Assembly: GCF_964355755.1 (NCBI RefSeq)
Contig: NC_092673.1
Coordinates: 32,237,648 to 32,301,647 of the forward strand
DNA length: 64,000 bases
Source of the DNA: Antedon mediterranea
Lineage: Eukaryota; Animalia; Echinodermata
Reading direction: 5' to 3'
Shown: piece by piece, positions 11,873 through 24,967 of the stretch
Numbering within the stretch: the first letter of the stretch is position 1
Layout: each line of letters opens with the position of its first letter
The notes under the pieces: model-generated
Databases searched by the model: none
Seen by the model: only the letters and a program-made list of their open reading frames with translations
Told to the model about the DNA's origin: nothing
Program-made: the position numbers and the translations under genes

Positions 11873-14020
11873 ATCTCTGTAAGTACAGGTCGTAGAAACT
11901 TAAATTTGGTATCAAATTGTTCAAAATATACATATTTACATTCAATGTAATAGAAAATGTGGTTAAAAGATGAACAGAAATACTATTACCAATGTTTCAA
12001 ACAAAAAACATATCTACACAACTTATCCTTAGACAGTAATGTTATGCAATAACTGATACTTTAAATTGTTTTAATTTCAAGTACTAGTTATTGCTGTCCC
12101 CGAGGACATTTTGATAGAAACGTTAAGCTCAACAGTTCTTTTCAGAATGCTAGAAGTAACTTGCCATATGTATCCAATTAAACGCCCCAGGCATTTATTG
12201 TTCAAAAGGGTTTTTAGGGGGAAAGGAGGCATCTTTATTTGGGGTATAATATGGTAACATGTATAATCAAATAAATACCACCTAGATGTAAAAAAATACT
12301 GCACAATTAATATCAAAAAGTGATAAAATTATGTCAAAATGCTTGGTAAATTGTAGATTATGGTAGTTAATGAAATGTGTTGACGCAGGGAGTTGTTATT
12401 AGAACTCCCTGATTCCATTAAATGGATCTTCTCCTCCAGGTGCCAGTAAAACAATGACACATCATTATCCTGACACGATTGCACTCATAATGGATCTTCA
12501 TTCTATCATCTATTTGTTTGTAACTACAATTTGACAACAATCTTTTGCATAGTTTTAAATGCCAATACATAGTTTCATTACTATTGTACAATATGTCCAG
12601 CTTTCCTGAAAACACCCTTGTGTACTGTAGTACAGTGTGGTAGTATGATTTTATCATGATAAACTTCTGATGCTTTTATTGTCAATGCATTCAGTACCTA
12701 AAACATGTCAACGTTTCTAGTGGTATTGATAATAAATCTCCAGAAATATATATTGTTTTATTATCTACACTGGGAACAGACGTGTATATGTGTAAGTTTT
12801 GTCGTTGACATTCAAAACTATTATGCAACAGTGTAATACGTAATAATGACAATGACTTGATCTATTATTGTGGTCTCCGATACCTTTTATTACATGATTG
12901 TACTTCCACCAGGATAGAATGAGGTTTAATCCCGTTATTATTCTTATTATATATATAATTTTTTATATATATATATCTGGGGTGTATATTTGATTATACA
13001 TGTTACCATTATTACACCCAACAAAATAAACGCCTTCCCTGAATAAATAAATACCCGAGGCTTTTATTCGGGTAACTACAGTAAATTACTTCTAGCATTC
13101 TCAAAATGTTTGAATGTTCGGGGGTCAACAATACTTTCTAGCATTATTATAAGCAAAAGTACAATTATTACAAACAGTAAAGGATTTGTTTTAATTCCTA
13201 CAGTATAATGAAATCATTAAGCATCAATTATTGCATAACATTACTGTCTAATGATAAGTTGGGTAGATATGTTTTTCATTTAAAAGATTAGTAATTAATA
13301 GTATTTCTTCATCATCATGAATGTAAATATGTGTATTTCTAACAATTTGATACTAAATTTAAGTTTCTACGACCTGTACTTACAGAGATAAAAAGATGCC
13401 CTGGTATGTATGTCAAAGGTCAGAAATGTCATTTCTGTTCATTTTTTACTAAAATGTTTCATTAGACTGAATATGAATGTATAGCTTCTGAACATTTTGA
13501 GACCAAAATTTACTCGCTGTGACCAGTGGTTGCCGAGATACAAATACCTATTTGTGTTTATTCATATAACCCCTGGCCTTGACCTTTTGACCTTTTGTAA
13601 CATTGTTCAAAATGTGTAACAAATAACTAAATGTATATTTCGAACAATTTGAGCCCAAATTAAAGTCTCTACGGCCAATAGTTACGGAGATACAGACATG
13701 CCCTGGTTTATGGGTCAAAGGTCAGAAATGGCATTTCCGGTCATTTTCGACTAAAATGTTTCATTAGACTGAATATGAATGTATACCTTCTGATCAATTT
13801 GAGACCAAAATTACCTCGCTGTGACCAGTGGTTGTCGAGATTTAAGGACATAATGGTGTTTGATCTTCTAACATTTGACCCTGACCTTTTGACCTTTCGC
13901 CACATTTTCAAAATGTGTAACCAAGCCAAAAATGATTGTTTGACCACCCTAAACCAATTTCTGAAGTCAAATTCTCTGGACCTCAAAGTGCATACGAAAG
14001 TTGATCTAGCTACTAGAGTA

Positions 14021-14501
14021 TATAAACAAATAAATATTATTATTATTAGCCATTGATTTATTTAGTGCAGCTCAATACAACAATGCAATACTACACACAA
14101 AAATTACAATATTTTATACATTGGTTTGTAACTTAAAGTAAACATTTCCTTAACATATACATAGTCTCTAAAAGTATATATCTTGATTTGTTAATAAATA
14201 TCATGTACTGTATTACTGTACATCTTAAGCTCTGTCTACACTACACAAAATATAGTGTGATGTACACAAATATGGTAGTGATATGACATCACCATGTCCA
14301 TATATGGGCACATTACATTTTTTGTCGCATAAAGTTTGATGGTGTAGACAAAGCTTTAGTTACAAACTCATTCAATGATTCAATAAAATCTATAATGTTA
14401 TCTCTTTCTATTAGATTTTCGTACTTAAGGTCCCATAATCAATGTAATATATAACATCATGGTATAAAAATAATAACTTAATTTACACATTATAGTTTTG
14501 T
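14021..14501 (+). repeat. Duplicated RARS2 3' flank, part 2
   Basis: Matches 29120-29581 joined to 30211-30230, i.e. without the Kolobok-like insertion. Confidence 0.92.
14228..14355. mobile_element. Harbinger/Tourist-like MITE family A
   Basis: AGCTCTGTCTACACT...GTGTAGACAAAGCT, TTA TSD on both sides; same insertion as 29327-29455. Confidence 0.85.
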
Positions 14502-14648
14502 AAAAAACAGCCGCATCATCATCTATCTTTGTAGAACCTCTATTAACGAGACACTCACAATCCAAGCACAAGCACGGAGGTACAAAATCTAATGTTATAC
14601 CTCTATGATCTAAGTGGTCCCTTCATAGGAATGGCCCCTCGATACTGG

Positions 14649-15552
14649 TATTATTTGTCATCCTTCAGGGCAGGTGTATGATTCCACTGTACATAGCCCT
14701 ATATCTGCCCTGACGGCTGACAAATAAGACATTTATTATTTGTCATCCTTCAGGGCAGGTGTATGATTCCACTGTACATACCGTATACCTGCCCTGACGG
14801 CTGACAAATAAGATATTTATTATTTGTCATCCTTCAGGGCAGGTATTGTATGATTCCACTGTACATAGCCGTATACCTGCCCTGACGGATGACAAATAAT
14901 AAACATATTATTTGTCATCCTTCAGGGCAGGTATTGTATGATTCCACTGTACATAGCCGTATACCTGCCCTGATGGCTGACAAATAAGACATTTAATATT
15001 TGTCATCCTTCAGGGCAGGTATTGTACGATTCCACTGTACATAGCCGTATACCTGCCCTGACGGATGACAAATAATAAATGTCTTATTTGTCATACGTCA
15101 GGGCAGGTATATGGCTATGTACAGTGGAATCACAGTCACACAATACTTGCCCTGAAAGATGACAAATAATAAATATCTTATTTGTCAGCCGTCAGGGCAG
15201 GTATGGCTATGTACAGTGGAATCACACAATACCTGCCCTGAAAGAGCCGTCAAGGCAGGTATACGGTATGTACAGTGGAATCATACAATACCTGCCCTGA
15301 CGGCTGACAAATAATAAGTCTTATTTGTCATACGTCAGGGCAGGTATACGGCTATGTACAGGGTGGAATCATACAATACCTGCCCTGAAGGATGACAAAT
15401 ATTTATTATTTGTCATACGTCAGGGCAGGTATACGACGGCTATGTAGCCTACAGTCCAGTGGAATCATACAATCCTGCCCTGACGGATGACAAAATGAAT
15501 AATATATTTATTATTTGTCATACGTCAGGGCAGGTATACGGCTATACAGTGG
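14649..15552. repeat. Palindromic tandem array of ~85-89-bp hairpin units
   Basis: Unit tttgtcatccttcagggcaggta..gattccactgtacatagccg..tacctgccctgacggatgacaaa; about 5 copies forward then about 5-6 reversed, switching near 15075. Confidence 0.9.
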
Positions 15553-16837
15553 ATTCCGGAATAGTAGGCATGATTAGTTTGATTTGATTTGATTTGATTT
15601 GAATTTATTTGGAAAATCATCATAAAAAAATACATACAAAGTGATAATGTAACACTCTGACCATCAGGTCAACAACCCTTTTTTCACTATTTCTCCCTAC
15701 TCCATCTATTAACATTCCTAGTGGTTTCTTCCTATCCCTAGGTACTCTTTGTTCACTCTCCTATAACCCACATCCTTAATCAATTACTGTTTCCTCATCA
15801 TCATGGAATGTTCCCTTTACTAAATAGTCCCCTCCCAGTACATGCATATTAATTAGGACCGTTCCTTAAAATATGGATGTACTGGTAAGAGGAGAGGAGA
15901 GAAGGAAAAGAGCTTGGTAGAATAAAACATTTATAATAGAGAGAAGAAAAGGTATGTAATATAGCCAGAACAGACTGTATTACATTGCATATTTAAATAA
16001 AGCTGTATCTGACCATAAACCATATTTGCTGTTGGTACATTTTGTGACTGTGTGAAATCCTGCCACTGAGACTATATGGTATAGTAACGGATACACTAAA
16101 ATACAACCGTTACAATAACATAAATTACGGACATTACAAATAATAATACATTTTAAAAGATTTTCCAGGATAGCCCAAAAAGCTTCAGCTTATATTTCCA
16201 TTGGGATCCTTTTACAATCTAAAATAAAAAATATAAACATTACAAAGTAGGCCTATAGCATTAAACACGTAAATATAACAAAAACAATAATATAAACAAC
16301 AAGTTAAATTAAAGACGATTGACTTATAAAGTTATTTTTGGTTGAACAGAAATGTGATTTAACATTTTTCTTAAAATTAAATTTGTTTTCTATTTGTTGA
16401 ATGGAATGATTCTCCTTTTTCCTACAGCATAAACATAACCCGATTATATACAGTACTATCTTTTTCAACTGCTGCAAATGTTTGGTACACTTTCATTTCA
16501 TGTGTATTATAGCCTATGGCTGTGGTATGAGAAAGCGATATATATTTAAGTAATACCAAAGAATTCTTTGGTAATCACGGTATAAAATAGCGATGTGCGA
16601 GTAATATAGGCAGGTATATAAACTATACCAAACTGGCGAGTAAATCATGTTTTACTTTTTAAACCTCGCAACGTCTGGTTGAAAAGGCTACTCGGACCAA
16701 TAATTTCTATTAGCCTAGGGGTTATTGCGATTTGGACGTTTCTGATTGGCTGTAGCCATGGACTATATTGATTAACACTGTTCTGATTGGTTGTAGCTTT
16801 GAATACATCTTCTCGGAACTCGTCCTTAATACAATAG

Positions 16838-18230
16838 CAATTTAGCACAGTGTTTTACTATAATTAAATAGCAATTTAGGTAAATGTCTTTTGAAATGAA
16901 ATTAAATAAATTATAACCAATTTGGTTAGAGTAAAACACAATGATAAAGAATAGGAAACATTTAATAATATGATAAATTACATTTACATAGCAATTTAGC
17001 ACTGTGTTTTACTATAACCATGGAGTAACAATTTGGTTAGAGTAAAACACAATGATAAAGAATAAGAAACATTTAATAACATGATAAATGACATTTAGCA
17101 ATTTAGCACTGTGTTTTACTATAACCAATTTGGTTAGAGTAAAGCACAATGATAAAGAATAGGAAACATTTAATAACATGATAAATGACATTCACATAGC
17201 AATTTAGCACTGTGTTTTACTATAACCAATCAGATTAGAGTAAAACACAATGATAAAGAATAGGAAACATTTAATAATATGATATATAACATTTACATAG
17301 CAATTTAGCACTGTGTTTTACTATAACCAATTTGATTAGAGTAAAACACAACGATAAAGAATAGGAAACATTTAATAACATGATAAATTACATTTACATA
17401 GCAATTTATCACTGTGTTTTACTATAACCAATTTGGTTAGAGTAAAACACAATGATAAAGAATAAGAAACATTTAATAACATGATAAATGACATTTACAT
17501 AGCAATTTAGCACTGTGTTTTACTATAACCAATTTGGTTAGAGTAAAGCACAATGATAAAGAATAGGAAACATTTAATAACATGATAAATGACATTCACA
17601 TAGCAATTTAGCACTGTGTTTTACTATAACCAATCAGATTAGAGTAAAACACAATGATAAAGAATAGGAAACATTTAATAATATGATATATAACATTTAC
17701 ATAGCAATTTAGCACTGTGTTTTACTATAACCAATTTGATTAGAGTAAAACTCAACGATAAAGAATAGGAAACATTTAATAACATGATAAATTACATTTA
17801 CATAGCAATTTATCACTGTGTTTTACTATAACCAATTTGGTTAGAGTAAAACACAATGATAAAGAATAGGAAACATTTAATAATATGATAAATTACATTT
17901 ACATAGCAATTTATCACTGTGTTTTACTATAACCAATTTGGTTAGAGTAAAACACAATGATAAAGAATAGGAATTTAATAATATGATAATAACATTTACA
18001 TAGCAATTTAGCACTGTGTTTTACTATAACCAATTTGGTTATGGTAAAGCACAATGATAAAGAATAGGAAACATTTAAAAATATGATAAATGACATTCAC
18101 ATAGCAATTTAGCACTGTGTTTTACTATACCAATTTGATTAGAGTAAAACACAATGATAAAGAATATGAAACATTTAATAATATGATAAATAAATTGCTA
18201 GCACTGTGTTTTACTATACCAATTTAGTTT
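16838..18230 (+). repeat. 101-bp tandem array (~13 units), left arm
   Basis: gcaattt recurs at 17199, 17300, 17401, 17502...; each unit holds the hairpin tgtgttttactataacca-att-tggttagagtaaaacaca. Confidence 0.95.
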
Positions 18231-18605
18231 TGGATAAAGAATATGAATTTAAAGAATGGATATAATATGATATGATACAATATGATTTTCTCCCAATTAG
18301 TAAGACATTTTGGAATACTGCGTGCGTAGTGCACCTAACAAGATCATGTTCGCTATTTAAAACTCACATTTTAAAACCGTAAACGCATAAATTTGCGGAC
18401 ATACTCGTAAAACACACTTCCAGAGATTTAATAATTTTAACAGTACTACAAAATCCATAATATAAAGTAATATAGATTTGTACAAAAAGAGCAGAACAAT
18501 TAAATTAACTGTCATTACATCTACTGAACTGTCTCATTACATCTACTGAAAAATTCATCGCGATGAATTTATTTATAATACACCAATCAGATCACACGCA
18601 ATTAG

Positions 18606-19539
18606 TATGGAATGCCAGTTTAGGCGATGATAAAATCGCGTCGATGATGCAATGAAAATTGCGTCGATGTGATGAAAATTGTGTCGATGAATATAGTATT
18701 GATGTAATGATGTGATGAACATTGCGTCGATGAAAATTGCGTCGATGTAATGAAAATTGCGTTAATGTGATGAAAATTGCGTCGATGAAAATTGCGTCGA
18801 TGAAAACTGCATCGATGAAAACTGCATCGATGAAAAAAAAAATAATTTTCATCGATGCAGTTTTCATCGATGAAAATTGCGATCTCCCTGCCGGTATGAT
18901 TTGAATATGATGTCATGGATGCTGGACATCTGGATTTTATGTACTGAACTGGTGGATTAACGGAAGCAATTAGCTAGAAGATATAATGTGTCCGAAAGGA
19001 CAATAATGGATCCATTGCTAAAATGTGTTGACAATAAATCACTAAAATGTTAATCAGTGCATATATTTCAACATTGTTTTAGTGCGCGATCACTGTGCGC
19101 TTGTCTATAACGCGCGCTAGCGCAAGCGGTAAACATGTTTATCATATCAAAATATTCAGAAACCGTCAATTTTTAGCAACATAATAACATTATTAACATC
19201 ATTATTAACATCATCATTTACTTTACTAGTAGTCATTTTCATCATTGATTGAATTAAAACCATTTGGAATTTTCATAATCAATTAAATTCATCACATCAA
19301 TTTTCATCGATGCAGTTTTCATCGACGCAATTTTCATCGATGCAGTTTTCATCGACGCAATTTTCATCGACGCAATTTTCATCGATGCAATTTTCATCGA
19401 CGCAATGTAAATTGCCTCGACGCAATCTACATTGCATCGACGCAATCTACATTGCGTCGATGCAATTTTCATCGACGCAATTTCATTATCGACGCAATTT
19501 TTATCATCGCCAAAAACTTGTGTAAAACGGCGTTCCATA
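18606..19539. mobile_element. Nested foldback MITE with inverted 15-bp repeat arrays
   Basis: TATGGAATGCC..ggcgatgataaaa plus (gatgaaaattgcgtc)n at 18620-18880; reverse complement at 19295-19539 ending GGCGTTCCATA. Confidence 0.8.
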
Positions 19540-20139
19540 AGTGACGAATCGCATATTCGCCGTTTATTGTTGAGGCGCGTAAACAGTGTGCGCAATGCAC
19601 GTTTTCTTCCCATGACGAGACGAATCGATATTCGACTCTTCGTGTGACGAATAATCGCCAAATTATAATTAATATAATTAATTAATGAAATAAGATACGC
19701 AGTTGATGTTTGCATCAATTGTTCTTTAGAATAAATACTTTCGAAATACAAAACAAAAAATGTGTGGTGAGTGACGATATGTTCAATCATGGACCTATAA
19801 ATTACTAATTTATAGGTCCATGATTCAATATCTGTAGCTTCAATTCAAACATAATGTAACAGAAAATTCGAAGCGTAAAAAACGTTCGTTTACACAACAC
19901 TTTTTTTTATACTTTATTATTGATTATTATATTATACAGGAATACTATTTATTTCCTCATTTCTACCCAAGAATAAACAATTTTTGGATACAAAACTTTA
20001 TGTGAATTACATTACCAAAATATTAAAATGAGGATAAAAAAACATCGCGTAAAATACTCGTACTCAAAAGCTTCTGAAATTTGTAGATATATGTCATGAA
20101 AAAGAAATTTGACATTCCCAATAATTTTTTTTGGCAAAA

Positions 20140-21990
20140 ATGTAATATATGAAACATACAATTTACATAGTTTATCATTGTTTTTTATTAGAACCAATAT
20201 GGTTACACAGTTAAACATAGTGATAAAGAATAGATACTTGTTAGGTTACTACCCTACCCTCTAGTTTGAAGCGACATTATAAATTCATCGAGAAAAAAAA
20301 CGTATCGTATTCAGAAACGTTTGACATTTTGTATAGATATGTTCAATAAGACAAAACAAATTATAAATTTCAAGACAAATCGATGATTTCCATTATTTGC
20401 ATTTCAAAAAATTCACACTTATGAAAGACCATACATTTTCAACATTTCCTTTTTTCTGTGTACCGAGTTTAGAAACTTTTTGAATACCAGACGTATTTTT
20501 TTGTGATGCTTTTTCATTTGAATTGTAGTATAAAATGTCATTGAAACGAGATAAAAATCATACAAGACATGTTATAATAGGTTGCTCTATATACATAACA
20601 AAATTAGTTCTTTTTTTTGGTAAGAATCGCCAATGAAGTAGAAAGTTATTTCAGATGTAGTGTGCATTTATATGTCATTAATAGTAGGCCTAAAATATAA
20701 TATTAAATATTATAAAGAATATCAAACATTTTATGTTATGAAAAATAAAATTGACATATAAGTTTATCATTGTGTTTTACTTTAACCATTTTGGTTAAAA
20801 GTTAAACACAGTGAGTGATAAAGAATAGAACTGTTTTAGTTTATTTAACCCTAACCCTAGTTTGAAGCGATCACATATTTAATATTCATCGCTAAAAATA
20901 CGTATCGTCTTGAAAAACGTTTGATATTTGGTAGATATGTTCAATATAGGTTCTTACATCTATAATGCAAAAGAAATATCCTAATAGTTTTATTTTGATT
21001 TCTGAGAATCATCAATGAAGTAAAAATGTGTTGGAAATGTATTGTCTTTCATAAGTGTAAATGTTTAGAAATGCAAATTATTAAAATCACGAATTTGTCT
21101 TGAAACTTTTATTTTTTGTTTGTTTTATAGACGTAAGAACCTATTGAACATATTTACCAAATTTCAAATGTTTCTGAATACGATACGTATTTTTTCGCGA
21201 TGAATTAAGTATGTGATCGCTTCAAACTAGGGTTAGAGTTATTATAACCTAAAACAGTGTCTATTCTTTATCATTGTGTTTAACTGTGTAACCAAATTGG
21301 TTCTGTAAAACAAGATGATAAACTATGTAACTTGTATTTATTATTATTACATTATATGCATCCTATAATGTAATATGAAAAATAAAATGTACATAGTTTA
21401 TCATTGTGTTGTACTAAACCCAATTTGGTTAAAAGTTAAACACAGTGTTAAAGAATGAACTGTTAGGTTATTTAACCCTAACCCTAGTTTGAAGCGATCA
21501 CATACTTAATTCATCGATAAAAATACGTATCGTCTTAAAAAACGTTTGAAATTTGGTACATGTTCAATATAGGTTCTTACATCTATAATGTAAAAGAAAT
21601 ATCATAATTTGTTTTATTTTGATTTCTGGGAATCATCAATGAAGTAAAAATGTGTTGGAAAATGTGTGGTATTTCATAAGTGTACATTTTTAGAAATGCA
21701 AATTATTAAAATCACGAATTTTTTGTGAAATTTATATTTTTTGTTTGTTTTATAGACGTAAGAACCTATTAAACATATCTAACAAATTTCAAAAGTTTCT
21801 AAATACGATACGTACTTTTTCGCGATGAATTTATTATGTCGCTTCAAACTAGGGTTAGGGTTATATAACCTAAAACAGTATCTATTCTTTATCACTGTGT
21901 TTAACTGTGTCACCAAATTGGTTCTGTAAAACAAGATGATAAACTATGTAACTTGTATTTATTATATTATTACATTATATGTATCCTATT
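20140..21990. repeat. Tandem ~630-bp palindromic units related to the 101-bp repeat
   Basis: Block catagtttatcattg..ctagtttgaagcga..cgtatcgt..tgttcaata forward at ~20165, 20755, 21390; reversed at ~21140-21330 and 21760-21950. Confidence 0.8.
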
Positions 21991-22049
21991 CTTTTCATAA
22001 CGTTTAGATAATAAGATATGTTTAATATAATATTTTGCTATGTAAATAA

Positions 22050-24351
22050 TATCATATAATAAATGTTTCATTATCATTGTGTTTTACTGTAACCAAATTG
22101 GCTATAGTAAAACACAATACTAAATTTGTATGTAAATGTATCATATTATTATATGTTTCCTATTCTTAATTTGTGTTTTACTGTATCCAGCACAGTGCTA
22201 AATATCATTTATCATAGTTAAAATGTTTTACTCTAACCAAATTGGTTATAGTAAAACACAGTGATAAATTACTATGTAAATGTCATTTATCATATTATTA
22301 AATGTTTCATATTCTTTATCATTGTGCTTTACTCTAATCAAATTGGTTATAGTAAAACACAGTGCTAAATTTATATGTGAATGTCATTTATCATGTTATT
22401 AAATGTTTCCTATTCTTTATCATTGTGTTTTACTCTAACCAAATTGGTTATAGTAAAACACAATGCTAAATTGCTATGTAATGACATTTATCATATTATT
22501 AAATGTTTCCTATTCTATATCATTGTGCTTTACCATAACCAAATTGGTTATAGTAAAACATTGTGCTAAATTGCTAGCTATGTAAATAATCATTATTATT
22601 AAATGTTTCCTATTCTTTGTCATTGTGTTTTACTCTAACCAAATTGGTTATAGTAAAACACAGTGCTAAATTGCTATGTAATGACATTTATAATATTATT
22701 AAATGTTTCCTATTCTATATCATTGTGCTTTACCATAACCAAATTGGTTATATTAAAACATGGTGCTAAATTGCTATGTAAATAATCATTATTATTAAAT
22801 GTTTCCTATTCTATATCATTGTGCTTTACCATAACCAAATTGGTTATAGTAAAACACAGTGATAAATTGCTATGTAAATGTCATTTATCATATTATTAAA
22901 TGTTTCCTATTCTTTATCATTATGTTTTACTTTAACCAAATTGGTTATAGTAAAACACAGTGCTAAATTGCTATGTAAATGTCATTTATCATATTATTAA
23001 ATGTTTCCTATTCTATATCATTGTGCTTTACCATAACCAAATTGGTTATAGTAAAACACAGTGATAAATTGCTATGTAAATGTCATTTATCATATTATTA
23101 AATGTTTCCTATTCTTTATCATTGTGTTTTACTCTAACCAAATTGGTTATAGTAAATCACAGTGCTAAATTGCTATGTAAATAATCATTATTATTAAATA
23201 TTTCCTATTCTTTATCATTGTGTTTTACTCTAACCAAATTGGTTATAGTAAAACACAGTGCTAAATTGCTATGTAAATGTCATATATCATATTATTAAAT
23301 TCCTATTCTTTATCATTCTGCTTTACTTTAACCAAATTGGTTATAGTAAAACACAGTGCTAAATTGCTATGTAAATGTCATTTATCATATTATTAAGTGT
23401 TTCCTATTCTTTATCATTGTGTTTTACTTTAACCAAATTGGTTATAGTAAAACACAGTGCTAAATTGCTATGTAAATGTCATTTATCAAATTATTAAATG
23501 TTTCCTATTCTATATCATTGTGTTTTACTCTAACCAAATTGGTTATAGTAAAACACAGTGCTAAATTGCTATGTGAATGTCATATATCATATTATTAAAT
23601 GTTTCCTATTCTTTATCATTGTGTTTTACTATAACCAAATTGGTTATAGTAAAACACAGTGCTAAATTGCTATGTAAATAATCATTATTATTAAATGTTT
23701 CATATTCTTTATCATTGTGTTTTACTCTAACCAAATTGGTTATAGTAAAACACAGTGATAAATTGCTATGTAAATGTCATTTATCATATTATTAAATGTT
23801 TCCTATTCTATATCATTGTGTTTTACTATAACCAAATTGGTTATAGTAAAACACAGTGCTAAATTGCTATGTAAATAATCATTATTATTAAATATTTCCT
23901 ATTCTTTATCATTGTGTTTTACTCTAACCAAATTGGTTATAGTAAAACACAGTGCTAAATTGCTATGTAAATGTCATATATCATATTATTAAATTCCTAT
24001 TCTTTATCATTCTGCTTTACTTTAACCAAATTGGTTATAGTAAAACACAGTGCTAAATTGCTATGTAAATGTCATTTATCATATTATTAAATATTTCCTA
24101 TTCTTTATCATTGTGTTTTACTCTAACCAAATTGGTTATAGTAAAACACAGTGCTAAATTGCTATGTAAATGTCATATATCATATTATTAAATTCCTATT
24201 CTTTATCATTCTGCTTTACTTTAACCAAATTGGTTATAGTAAAACACAGTGCTAAATTGCTATGTAAATGACATTTATCATATTATTAAATGTTTCCTAT
24301 TCTTTATCATTGTGTTTTACTCTAACCAAATTGGTTATTGTAAAACACAGT
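22050..24351 (-). repeat. 101-bp tandem array (~21 units), right arm, reverse orientation
   Basis: Unit is the reverse complement of the left-arm unit. Confidence 0.95.
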
Positions 24352-24967
24352 ATATTTTACCTCAACAACATCGCCGCAAAATTGTTTATACGTTTATTTT
24401 GATTGGCTAACTAAAGTACGGTCTAATGAATATTGATATCAGAAGATTCCCTAGCTTAGTGAAAAAGTTTTATTACCAAAAATATGCTGATTACGTCACT
24501 ACCGGAAGCTGTAGTCTAGCATGATGCAGACGCAATTGATTATGTACGTTTGTTAAACATATAAAAAGCTGTAAATTACCACAAAACGACAATAGGAAAG
24601 AATTCAAAGAAATGCCCTACGTGTTCAAAATCATTGTTTTAATATAGTCTGTATGTATAACTAACAATTGACCTTGTGGAAGAGCGTATAAATTTAATTT
24701 AAAGTAAAACATGATTTACTCGCCAATTTGGTATTGGATATATAGCTCATATAGGATACTACATGGCCGGACCGCAAATAAAATACGATATATATATGAT
24801 GACGTAGTAGATATCTACACATGCGTAGAAGAACTCCTGGATTGGAGTAGTAGGGAGATTTCCTTCCAGAAATCTCGGATTGAATCCTTCGTTCCGATAA
24901 AATGACGATAGAAATTATAATTTGTAGTTGATTTTGAAGTAATCGATATATTGTTAAATATTATAGT

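Larger units (their letters stand above)
7724..14020. mobile_element. Academ-like foldback element, long inverted arms, 3-bp TSD TAT
   Basis: Termini TACTCTAGTAGCTAGAT...ATCTAGCTACTAGAGTA, about 115 bp with 2 mismatches. Arms continue imperfectly (7724-8196 plus 11873-12300 versus 12970-14020). TAT at 7721-7723 and 14021-14023. Empty site at ~29120. Confidence 0.9.
16625..24734. mobile_element. 8.1-kb foldback-type element with satellite arms
   Basis: Outer TIR ataccaaactggcgagtaaatcatgttttacttt (16625-16658) versus aaagtaaaacatgatttactcgccaatttggtat (24701-24734), possible TA TSD; encloses inverted 101-bp arrays. Confidence 0.8.

Noticed and set aside
12300-12960. Transposase remnant in the foldback spacer
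   Set aside because: No recognisable catalytic motif in the short ORF; cannot be supported without a search
14649-15552. Repeat-spacer (CRISPR-like) array
   Set aside because: The loops are copies of one another, not unique spacers
15577-16450. LINE 3' tail after (TTTGA)n
   Set aside because: Tail-like microsatellite only; no reverse-transcriptase sequence visible
18592-19790. Overlapping ORFs (IASMK/FSSTQ/HRRNF repeats)
   Set aside because: Translations of a 15-bp repeat that is open in several frames
16838-24351. Hairpin repeat arrays as CRISPR-like
   Set aside because: The sequence between hairpins is the same in every unit (no unique spacers), there are no cas genes, and the context is eukaryotic
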